This document shows, piece after piece, positions 45,803 to 53,549 of a stretch of 64,000 bases of DNA. The stretch covers positions 115,365 through 179,364 of the IMG/VR virus record IMGVR_UViG_3300023202_000205; one strand, written 5' to 3'. The number at the start of each line of letters is the position of its first letter. The stretch's first letter is position 1. Made by a program: the position numbers and the translations under genes. The notes under the pieces are model-generated. The model ran no database searches, was not told the origin of the DNA, and saw only the letters and a program-made list of their open reading frames with translations. Source of the stretch: a virus.

Positions 45803-47254
45803 CTAACTAGAGACGTCAGCAGACTCCGCTATGCGCCCGTTAGACGATTCGGTCACCTCTTGTATTGCGCTTTTACGTTCCCTCTCTTTTTCTTCCTCGA
45901 TTTGTGCCCTGGTCATACTAACAGGCCACTTGCGAATATGTCTACCAGCAGCATCTGCTACGTTCACCGTTTCGACAAACGCGATACAGATCTGCACGAG
46001 AGCAGACCACTCATAGTTTGCTACCAACTGAGGGATGACCGCATCCATGTTGCCGAGGCAGGGCCTTCCATCAGAGAACAGATGGGGGCCATTCATGCCG
46101 GCCTCATAGCCTTGGACTTTACGTGTCAGATTGTAGAATCGGACACCTGTGACTCGCTCATCGATGACGAGCTTGAACGCACCGATCTCATGTTGATCCC
46201 CCGTCTCAGGATGTATAACATGCAGCAGGTCGGTTTCCACGGTCATGCAGTTACCTCTCCAGTCCACTGACCGCACCTTTGGTACTTTCAAAAGATTGTC
46301 GAACTCCTTAGACAGTTTCTGTCCTAGCTCCTTCTTATAGCTGTTAAAGTTATCCAACTCGTGGGAATACTCCTGATGGAGCCTCAACGATTTTACCAGA
46401 TCTTTTTGATACCCGGCAATTTGTTCCTTTAAAGAAGAAGCCTCCTGCATAAGACGACTCTCTTCTTTATGTGCTCGCGCTGAGCACGCTTTTACGTAGC
46501 GTGCTTTGATCTCTTCCGTATCTCGTTTATAGCCCTCTTGATGTATTCGCGCCGCTTCCCTGAAGATTCTCCTCAGAATCTCCTGGGAACCTTCATTACA
46601 AGTATGGTCAGCTTTGTGATAGATGTAGAGAATGGACTCAGTGAGCGCCCCAACCTCGTCACCCTCGTCAGTGACGATAGCGGTACCATTCAGGAAAGGT
46701 CCTACGGAAGAGCTGTCACGAAATGATACCGAGTTACCCCACATCTCAGGGGGTACTTCGGTGATTCCTCTAACATTCGACCCCCAGATAATCACTTCAA
46801 AATACTTATCGCCATCACTCGTCGTGCGAGAACAGGCCCTCCCATCTGCTGTCTTGAGAAAGACGTGTTTTTCGAAGGTAGATACCAGAATCTCTTCGGA
46901 TAATTTTGTGAGGACGTCGATGAAAGTTGGATTTACGGTACTATCCACCTGAACTACCTTAATGGTAGAAGGGTCGACCTCTATAGAGGCCGGAGTGCCG
47001 TCTGGGTTGGCTAACGCTACGAACTGAGCGCCTTCCTTATCGGTCTCTACAATGTTGCCTACATCATAGCCAAAATCGGCGAGCTTTTTTACTCCAGCGT
47101 TCGTAATGCCCCAACAGGGGATGGCTTCTTCGATTGGATCGTCTTCGCTGCCTAGTGCATCCTCGGCAGTGATTCGTATACGTAATTCACGAAGCCGCTC
47201 ACGAGATACGGCCTCCTTCATTACGTAAAACACATTTCCACCAGCATTTGCCAT
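45803..47254 (-). CDS. coiled-coil + E2/UBC-like conjugating protein (module B)
   Basis: GPHLFSDGRPCLGN, then F...VN..D..G..I.KW; central coiled coil. Confidence 0.72.
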   Translation of the reverse strand: MANAGGNVFYVMKEAVSRERLRELRIRITAEDALGSEDDPIEEAIPCWGITNAGVKKLADFGYDVGNIVETDKEGAQFVALANPDGTPASIEVDPSTIKVVQVDSTVNPTFIDVLTKLSEEILVSTFEKHVFLKTADGRACSRTTSDGDKYFEVIIWGSNVRGITEVPPEMWGNSVSFRDSSSVGPFLNGTAIVTDEGDEVGALTESILYIYHKADHTCNEGSQEILRRIFREAARIHQEGYKRDTEEIKARYVKACSARAHKEESRLMQEASSLKEQIAGYQKDLVKSLRLHQEYSHELDNFNSYKKELGQKLSKEFDNLLKVPKVRSVDWRGNCMTVETDLLHVIHPETGDQHEIGAFKLVIDERVTGVRFYNLTRKVQGYEAGMNGPHLFSDGRPCLGNMDAVIPQLVANYEWSALVQICIAFVETVNVADAAGRHIRKWPVSMTRAQIEEEKERERKSAIQEVTESSNGRIAESADVSS

Positions 47255-47265
47255 GCGGCCTCTCC

Positions 47266-48360
47266 TTATTCCTGCTGTTTGATGAATTGTTCGCGTTTCA
47301 GACGTATTACATCCAGCGGGCCAGCCGCCGGCTCTAACAGATCAAGCACGAACTGGTAGGTAAACGGCTCTGTATCATGGTCGACCAAACGAGTGAGTAG
47401 TGCCTCAACGGATATGATGTCATCGACTTCTTCTCGTCCGCCGAAGTCATCTAGCTCAATGTCTTCGGGGGCATCAACGGGCTCGCTGATCACAATGGCG
47501 CTGTCTGTCTGATGAGCTATGCGTCCGACTTCGGCGGCACATTCGGGGGTAAATACGACCCATGCTACAGGTGGCAAAGGCTGTCGCTCCCCTAGAGTAT
47601 CGGTCAGCCACTCCTCTAAAGCGGGCACCTGATCGTCGGCGGTAAAACGGAACTTCTTGATTGGACGGTAAGGTAGGGGCAGGCGCTCAATGGAGAGGTC
47701 GGTATTGACCAACATACACGATTTTGGGCCAGCCTGGCCGATATCCCGAGCACTTCCCGGACCAGTATAGTAAGCCCACTGGCCTGGTCGTACCTGTTGC
47801 TCCCATTCAATGTGAATATCCCCCATGACGACTAACGGGATATCTTTGGGAACCCACTCCAGATCACAGTTCCATTGCCCCTCGAAGCGGAGCGCTTGCT
47901 TACACGCCTGGTGTAGGAACAGGCACTGTGGTTGTTCCTCGCGGGCACCTAGTTCCACCAATTGTTGTTCGATTTCATCCTTCAACGTGTAATCGAACCC
48001 AACGCAGGTAACCTTTCCTATCTCCCGCTGTGTGCCGTCTCCGATATGCTGAACGTGATCGTGACAGGCGACATACCAGGGTGTTGACCGCTTGTCGTGG
48101 TTGCCCTGTATGGCGTACACGTCGACGCCCGTTTCTCTGCATCGATCCATCTGACGGCGAAAGAACTGGAGAACCTCAGGGCTGGGCTTGATGGTATCAA
48201 ATAAGTCCCCGAGCAGCACCAGCGGGAGGTAGAGCTCTAGGGATAAGTCAACCACCCCTTCCAAGCTGAGGAACGTATCTCCTGTAATACCGGTCATCCG
48301 GCGCCAGATAAACGGGTCCAGGTGTAGATCGCCGAGAGCTAGGAATGCCGGCTCAGACAT
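47266..48360 (-). CDS. sbcD: SbcD/Mre11-like metallophosphoesterase nuclease
   Basis: GDLH, GDLFD, GNHD, FLHQ, GDIH, YYTG. Confidence 0.9.
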   Translation of the reverse strand: MSEPAFLALGDLHLDPFIWRRMTGITGDTFLSLEGVVDLSLELYLPLVLLGDLFDTIKPSPEVLQFFRRQMDRCRETGVDVYAIQGNHDKRSTPWYVACHDHVQHIGDGTQREIGKVTCVGFDYTLKDEIEQQLVELGAREEQPQCLFLHQACKQALRFEGQWNCDLEWVPKDIPLVVMGDIHIEWEQQVRPGQWAYYTGPGSARDIGQAGPKSCMLVNTDLSIERLPLPYRPIKKFRFTADDQVPALEEWLTDTLGERQPLPPVAWVVFTPECAAEVGRIAHQTDSAIVISEPVDAPEDIELDDFGGREEVDDIISVEALLTRLVDHDTEPFTYQFVLDLLEPAAGPLDVIRLKREQFIKQQE

Positions 48361-48823
48361 AATAGTGCGTCGCTAGGCTGTTGCGGAGTTGAGTCGCCTG
48401 ACTGGACAGTAGCTCCAATCGATAGAGCGCTTCTTCCAACCTCTCTCTGGGAGGGCCTGCTCCACTGAACAGAAAGTCGGTTCGGAGAAGTGCACATAAA
48501 CCCAACGTGGGTTGATAGTTGTGGCATAAGGCGTCGCACTGACGTGCGATGCTCTCCGGGGCTGTGGGCGCCATTTCACGAGCTGTAGCCCTTGAAAGGA
48601 GGCTTTGCCCTGGAGCGATTTGATCCTCACTGCGTTGGATCTCAACACCATCCATGAGGTCGATTGGCTGGTGGTCGGTTTCTGAGTCTGGCACACCTTC
48701 TCCGGCTACGAATGCCTTACGGGTTTCAGGGTCAATCGCCACTGAGCGCGACTCAGGTATCTTCCGTTTCCCCTTCTGGGGCTTCTTCTTGTGAGCTTTC
48801 TTGCTCTTCTTTTTGGCGGACAT
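48353..48823 (-). CDS. hypothetical protein with Lys-rich N-terminus
   Basis: 156 aa, overlaps sbcD start. Confidence 0.55.
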   Translation of the reverse strand: MSAKKKSKKAHKKKPQKGKRKIPESRSVAIDPETRKAFVAGEGVPDSETDHQPIDLMDGVEIQRSEDQIAPGQSLLSRATAREMAPTAPESIARQCDALCHNYQPTLGLCALLRTDFLFSGAGPPRERLEEALYRLELLSSQATQLRNSLATHYYV

Positions 48824-49586
48824 TGAGTCCCTCCTGTTGTTCTAGTTGGGCGAGTATGGTTGAGTCCAGACGGCAACGGTTGATCCGTGTCCACCCCCGA
48901 CTCAGCCCCCTTGGTTGAAAATTGGTCAGATACTTCTCGAAGATGTTATGCCTACGGTACACCCAAGGATGTACCAAACTGCTTAGCCACTCCGACGGGG
49001 CTGCACGTGGGTCGATTTCTCGACGATCAATGACGCCTACTACCTGTCCCTCATTTTCAACGTGAACTTGACCGGACCGTACGTCTTTGTCCCGCACGGG
49101 GGAGTCCGATTGGAAAACCCCTACTAGTTGGTAACTGAGTTCCCCACCGAACGGGTCACCTCTACGTATATCGCCCGTGATTTTTACATCACAGGCGTCG
49201 TAGCTGAGGGTGTACCCTACAAGCTGGTATCGCGTAGCCCGTGCTTTGAAACGCTTGATGAGGTTCGGGTGTAAATCAGTGGTCCACTTTTGGTGACAGG
49301 TCGAGCGGATGTAGGTGGTACGGTCTTTGAGAGCATGCAGCGCTTTGAGTAGTTCTATGTTACGTCTGTGCCAGCAACTCGGGCAGAGCGGATGGTTGCA
49401 GTACTTCTGGGTCTTTTTATGACAGGCCATGAACGACATGCCGTGGCAGTCACGTATACTACTATACTTGCCCTGACAGTAAGCTAATAGACCAAATATG
49501 CGTACCCATTCAAATAAAGCATCTCCAAGGGAATCTCTGTAAAAGCAATCTCTATACCAAGCATATAGGCCATACGGGTCCTTCAC
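48753..49586 (-). CDS. hypothetical protein with Cys cluster resembling RCR-Rep/IS91 zinc motif
   Basis: C...CH...CNHPLCPSCWHRR; GGAGG RBS before GTG. Confidence 0.55.
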   Translation of the reverse strand: MKDPYGLYAWYRDCFYRDSLGDALFEWVRIFGLLAYCQGKYSSIRDCHGMSFMACHKKTQKYCNHPLCPSCWHRRNIELLKALHALKDRTTYIRSTCHQKWTTDLHPNLIKRFKARATRYQLVGYTLSYDACDVKITGDIRRGDPFGGELSYQLVGVFQSDSPVRDKDVRSGQVHVENEGQVVGVIDRREIDPRAAPSEWLSSLVHPWVYRRHNIFEKYLTNFQPRGLSRGWTRINRCRLDSTILAQLEQQEGLNVRQKEEQESSQEEAPEGETEDT

Positions 49587-49689
49587 GGAGCCTCCTATGT
49601 GTGTCTATTTTTGCATAATTTATACATCCTGTCACAGATATGTTATTCAGTCGGTAGCCGATACCCGGCCTCTATCAGTCAGTCAGTCA

Positions 49690-50273
49690 GCCACAAATAC
49701 CAAGCCTCTGAGCGGGCATAGCGAGAGTGCGCAGCTTCCCGCTTCTCCCCGATCACATCCGGGTCACAGATACCAAGCCTCTGAGCGGGCATAGCGAGAG
49801 GAGGTCTGGCCGGCTTTACCGCGAGATCGTGGTGACGTCACAGATACCAAGCCTCTGAGCGGGCATAGCGGGAGACGCCCTGCATGTTGCTCGTCACAGA
49901 TACCAAGCCTCTGAGCGGGCATAGCGAGTATCAGCGGTTCATAGGCTGATTCCCGTGATGGCGAGTCACAGATACCAAGCCTCTGAGCGGGCATAGCGAG
50001 CGGCGGTAACCTACGCTGGCGTCACAGATACCAAGCCTCTGAGCGGGCATAGCGAGAACAGGATACTGTAGACGACCTCTTTCGTCACCGCTCGGGTCAC
50101 AGATACCAAGCCTCTGAGCGGGCATAGCGAGAAACTGCGGCCGGTGCTGGCAAATGCCCATCCTGTGTCACAGATACCAAGCCTCTGAGCGGGCATAGCG
50201 AGTCCCACCACGCCCGGCAGACCGAGTGCACGCATGCGTCACAGATACCAAGCCTCTGAGCGGGCATAGCGAG
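49690..50273 (-). CRISPR. CRISPR array 1: 9 repeats, 8 spacers
   Basis: 36-bp repeat CTCGCTATGCCCGCTCAGAGGCTTGGTATCTGTGAC (minus) at 49690 (degenerate), 49763, 49837, 49893, 49965, 50021, 50096, 50167, 50238; spacers 37,38,20,36,20,39,35,35. Confidence 0.98.
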
Positions 50274-50445
50274 AGGGCCTTTATAATTCGGTTCATGGAA
50301 CCGTGTTATATCGCTATCCGCGAGAGCCCTCATCTCAGCTGATCCTAGCACCCTTTAGATCACTGCAATATCTCCACCTAAACCATTATCATCAAAGAAC
50401 ATCGAGTGCCTCCCGTAATTTCAGAACCAAGAAGGCGCTCGAAAC
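50274..50445 (-). promoter_or_regulatory. CRISPR leader 1 (172 bp)
   Basis: noncoding, abuts repeat, about 94 percent identical to 57465..57636. Confidence 0.9.
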
Positions 50446-50448
50446 TAC

Positions 50449-51090
50449 TCAGGAGGCCTTCCTACGCTTGGCGCTCTTCTTCTTCTTAACCGGCGGGATT
50501 GCTTTGGCAATCTCGCGCTGTAGCTGGCGTGCAACCTGGGGAGGTATCTCCCCTTTTGCGACGGCCTCTTTGATGACATCCACCACTATCGGCCACGGCA
50601 TCCAATAACCTCTGTACCGGATACCACGTTCTTTATCCGGTACGATAGCCGAGTAGACAGATCTCTTGGTGGCAGGTTTCTTTACCCGCTCCTCTGTGGA
50701 GTCGAGGTAGGTTCTCAGCTCCTCGAGACTGACGTCTGATAGACTCTTATCCTCGATAACGCGTGTTTCGAGGACCCTTTTTCGACGATCATTGTTCCTC
50801 GAGTTGATAAACACCCGCTGCTTCTCAGGGGGTAGGAGCAGCAAATGGGTGTCGAGGTCATGCTCCGCAATCTCGAGCAATGAGTCGAAGAAGTTCGAGT
50901 CACCCATCCCTTCCTGAATTAACCGTATTTTGAGCTTACGCCCAAACCGGTCATGGTACTTCTTGTATTTGTTAGCCAGCGAACGAAAGGCTAGTTTCCC
51001 GCTTTCGTAGCTAGCTAGCAACTCCCTGATAGCAGAGAGGAAGGAGGGGGAATCCCCTCCCCCGGCAACGGCCGTTTTCGTTTTGGGCAT
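50449..51090 (-). CDS. uncharacterised basic protein between cas12m and array 1 (candidate accessory)
   Basis: 213 aa, starts 10 nt after cas12m stop, AAGGAG RBS, ends 3 nt before leader. Confidence 0.75.
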   Translation of the reverse strand: MPKTKTAVAGGGDSPSFLSAIRELLASYESGKLAFRSLANKYKKYHDRFGRKLKIRLIQEGMGDSNFFDSLLEIAEHDLDTHLLLLPPEKQRVFINSRNNDRRKRVLETRVIEDKSLSDVSLEELRTYLDSTEERVKKPATKRSVYSAIVPDKERGIRYRGYWMPWPIVVDVIKEAVAKGEIPPQVARQLQREIAKAIPPVKKKKSAKRRKAS

Positions 51091-51100
51091 CTCATTCTCC

Positions 51101-52981
51101 TTAGGTGGTAACCTTTTCTGACTTCTTAGACTTCTTGGACTTCTTCGATTTCTTGGACTTCTTGGACTTCTTAGCCTTTTTAGCTTTCTTAGGCTCCTTC
51201 TTCTCTTCCGTACCGTTACTTTTCTTACTTTTTCGAACTTCCCCCTTGCTACGGGCAGCAGAGATGTCCACGCTATCCGTCAGCTGAGTACGGAGCATAA
51301 GTCTCAGCATTTTGCCAGTATTACGACGTTTGATAAACTCGTCAAAATCTTTCTGAGAGAGAAATCGTCGTAACAGGTTCAGCACACGGCTGTAATCCCC
51401 GCTCACCCCACAATCGCAGGGCCTCTCCTTAGTACAGTTGCCGCAGGTTTTTGCGATACCGCAAGGATTGACTTCTACGCAGGTCATAGCCTTTTTAAGT
51501 GTTTCCTCGAGATACGACACCGCCGCCAACCTCCTGTATTGGTCAGATGCCTCATCTCCGGGAGACTTACGCTCCTTGGTTCTGGAATCAGCATACCTGG
51601 CGAAGTCTGTCCAGTGGATATCGGGTATCACCACTGTGTCGTAAGTCCTCGACAACTTGGCCGCGAACTTGCGGTAGAGATCCAAGCGGTGCTCTTGAAT
51701 GTGTAACCGCTGGTTAGACGCATATTCCAGTAAGTGTTTGTCCTGAACCCTCCACTTCTCAGCTGTCACATACGCATGCTTGTCCCCTTTCCATCTGTTG
51801 TCCTTCCACTTCCAGATGACGGCTGCCAGCTGAGCTTCCGACCTCCAGTGGAAAATGGACTTCGTTGCTTCTTGGATCCACTCGGGGCCCTTGCGGAAGA
51901 ACTTGTCGAGTCGTTTACAGGTTTTATTGAACTCTTTGCGCCTGATGGATTGGAGATCTTCTTCATTATCTTTGAAGTTGATGTACTTATTCTCAAGTAG
52001 GAGATGCCCGAAATCACCATCTTCTCCAGCATAGGTTGCGACCCGTATACCGTCGTCCTGAACGGCCCACCCAGGCATTACAGCAACAACTCCGTGTCCT
52101 TTCTCCCGCTTTTCCAAAGCAGACCAGTCGTCGGTAGATAGGACCAGCTGAAGACTCCACTTCAGATTAGTACCCACCTTCTTTCCAACCAGTCGAGCAT
52201 ATTTGACCTGAGCACCGCGCGGGACGTCACGGTGAAGCTTGGTACGGAAGTTCAACCAAACGGGCTCTTTACCCACACTCCCGATCCGTATCCGGCTCAT
52301 ACGCCAACGGTCCCCACTGGTGGGGCACCTTTCGTCGTTTACTTGCAGGAGTCGGCTGATCCGCTTACCGCTACCATCGAAAGCGTCGTAGAAGTTACCC
52401 CCGTTCTGTACCTGTACGGTGATGCTGTCCTCACCGCGATAACGAACGAACTCGGGGGGAGCTCCCGATTTGTCATCTACGCGAGATTGTGAAATCGCGT
52501 TCTTGAGATGCCAGAACAGGCTGCTTTCGTTATAAAGAGCCTTACACTTTTGCCTGAACTCATCCTCGAGCTTACTCTGACACTTCTCCCATTTCTTGGT
52601 AGGGTAGCACTTCTTCTTTTTGAATTCACTGAGTTTCCTATACTTACCATTTCTGAGCTGTTTGGCTTTCTTGATCTGCTCCTTAAGGAGCTTGTCGATC
52701 TCACGCGTCCTCAGTTTGGCACGCTGCTTTCTGGAAAGATCGATGAGGCTATCAACCTCTTTTTCGGCTTCCTCAACGTCTTTTAAGAGGGGGATGATAG
52801 CTGGAAATAGTTGGCGAAGCTTGTCATGGATAGCCGTCCTCCGCTCTCTTTCGATAGCTACAAGACTATTCCTGTAATGGTTCATTTCTCGGAAGATAGC
52901 TATCGCTTCCTCCTCATCTTCTTTAAACAACTTAGCCCCGAATTTATAAACCTTCGAAGGCTTGCTATCTCGCCCAAACAT
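51101..52981 (-). CDS. cas12m: type V-M (V-U1) CRISPR effector Cas12m-like, RuvC-inactivated, Lys-rich C-terminal tail
   Basis: MFG....VYKFG start, RNSLVAIE, LFW, F.RYRG..SITVQ, RIRIGS....PVW...LHR.VP, W.S..QLA...WK, R.DLYR.FAA; RuvC-I VAVMPGW (D to M), RuvC-II VVIPD, RuvC-III GDY...NL; flanked by arrays. Confidence 0.88.
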   Translation of the reverse strand: MFGRDSKPSKVYKFGAKLFKEDEEEAIAIFREMNHYRNSLVAIERERRTAIHDKLRQLFPAIIPLLKDVEEAEKEVDSLIDLSRKQRAKLRTREIDKLLKEQIKKAKQLRNGKYRKLSEFKKKKCYPTKKWEKCQSKLEDEFRQKCKALYNESSLFWHLKNAISQSRVDDKSGAPPEFVRYRGEDSITVQVQNGGNFYDAFDGSGKRISRLLQVNDERCPTSGDRWRMSRIRIGSVGKEPVWLNFRTKLHRDVPRGAQVKYARLVGKKVGTNLKWSLQLVLSTDDWSALEKREKGHGVVAVMPGWAVQDDGIRVATYAGEDGDFGHLLLENKYINFKDNEEDLQSIRRKEFNKTCKRLDKFFRKGPEWIQEATKSIFHWRSEAQLAAVIWKWKDNRWKGDKHAYVTAEKWRVQDKHLLEYASNQRLHIQEHRLDLYRKFAAKLSRTYDTVVIPDIHWTDFARYADSRTKERKSPGDEASDQYRRLAAVSYLEETLKKAMTCVEVNPCGIAKTCGNCTKERPCDCGVSGDYSRVLNLLRRFLSQKDFDEFIKRRNTGKMLRLMLRTQLTDSVDISAARSKGEVRKSKKSNGTEEKKEPKKAKKAKKSKKSKKSKKSKKSKKSEKVTT

Positions 52982-53070
52982 GTTAACTCCTTGGTTGTTA
53001 TTGCTGATTGTGGTTTCATTATCTGGTTGGTCGGTACGACCCCGAACTGGATGCCGTCGTCAACAGATAC

Positions 53071-53106
53071 GTCGCAGATACCAAGCCTCTGAGCGGGCAT
53101 AGCAAG
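53071..53106 (-). CRISPR. solitary CRISPR repeat (34/36) upstream of cas12m
   Basis: gtcgcagataccaagcctctgagcgggcatagcaag, 89 nt before cas12m ATG; partial copy gtcaacagatac at 53059..53070. Confidence 0.92.
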
Positions 53107-53120
53107 GCCACCTGGCCATC

Positions 53121-53153
53121 AAAATAGGGGACGCTGTACCTAACGTCCCCTAT
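53121..53153 (-). terminator. intrinsic terminator
   Basis: ataggggacg-(10 nt)-cgtcccctat stem with U tract on minus strand, after stop of 53173 ORF. Confidence 0.7.
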
Positions 53154-53172
53154 CCCTATCTACTCATCAAAG

Positions 53173-53412
53173 CTAACGGCGGCGCAAATCAAACTGCTCA
53201 AGTACTTCAAGCACGACAAGCGCCACCACCTGCAGCAAACCGGCCCATACCCAGACACGAGTGACATCGGTCACGAAAGTGCGGAATAACGGCCATGAGA
53301 TCATGAGAGTCTCGAAGAGAGCCAAGACGAGTACGATCACGATAACGTAGTACAAGACAGCACCACTACGGGTACTGGCGCTGCTTGCCTTCTTTTCCTT
53401 CGAGGGAGGCAT
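53173..53412 (-). CDS. small two-TM membrane protein
   Basis: two hydrophobic segments; GAGGA RBS. Confidence 0.55.
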   Translation of the reverse strand: MPPSKEKKASSASTRSGAVLYYVIVIVLVLALFETLMISWPLFRTFVTDVTRVWVWAGLLQVVALVVLEVLEQFDLRRR

Positions 53413-53499
53413 GAGGCCTTTCCTCACAGCTCATGAAACCGACGGCACCAGCTGAGCATGGTTTGCATCCGACGGGTGTGGCCGTGACGCCACCAGACT

Positions 53500-53515
53500 G
53501 TGTTCGCGTGAACAC
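53500..53515. promoter_or_regulatory. palindromic operator GTGTTC-GCGT-GAACAC
   Basis: intergenic, upstream of 53173..53412 and the cas12m region. Confidence 0.72.
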
Positions 53516-53549
53516 AATCCTTTATCATGAGCTACGTATGCACTAGCGG

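Noticed and set aside
49764-50351. ORFs starting MPAQRLGICD (also 52900..53100, 56829..57239)
   Set aside because: Translations of the CRISPR repeat, not genes.
51101-52981. Effector as IS200/IS605 TnpB
   Set aside because: 626 aa with Cas12m-type REC insert, degenerate RuvC, no tnpA or transposon ends, flanked by arrays.
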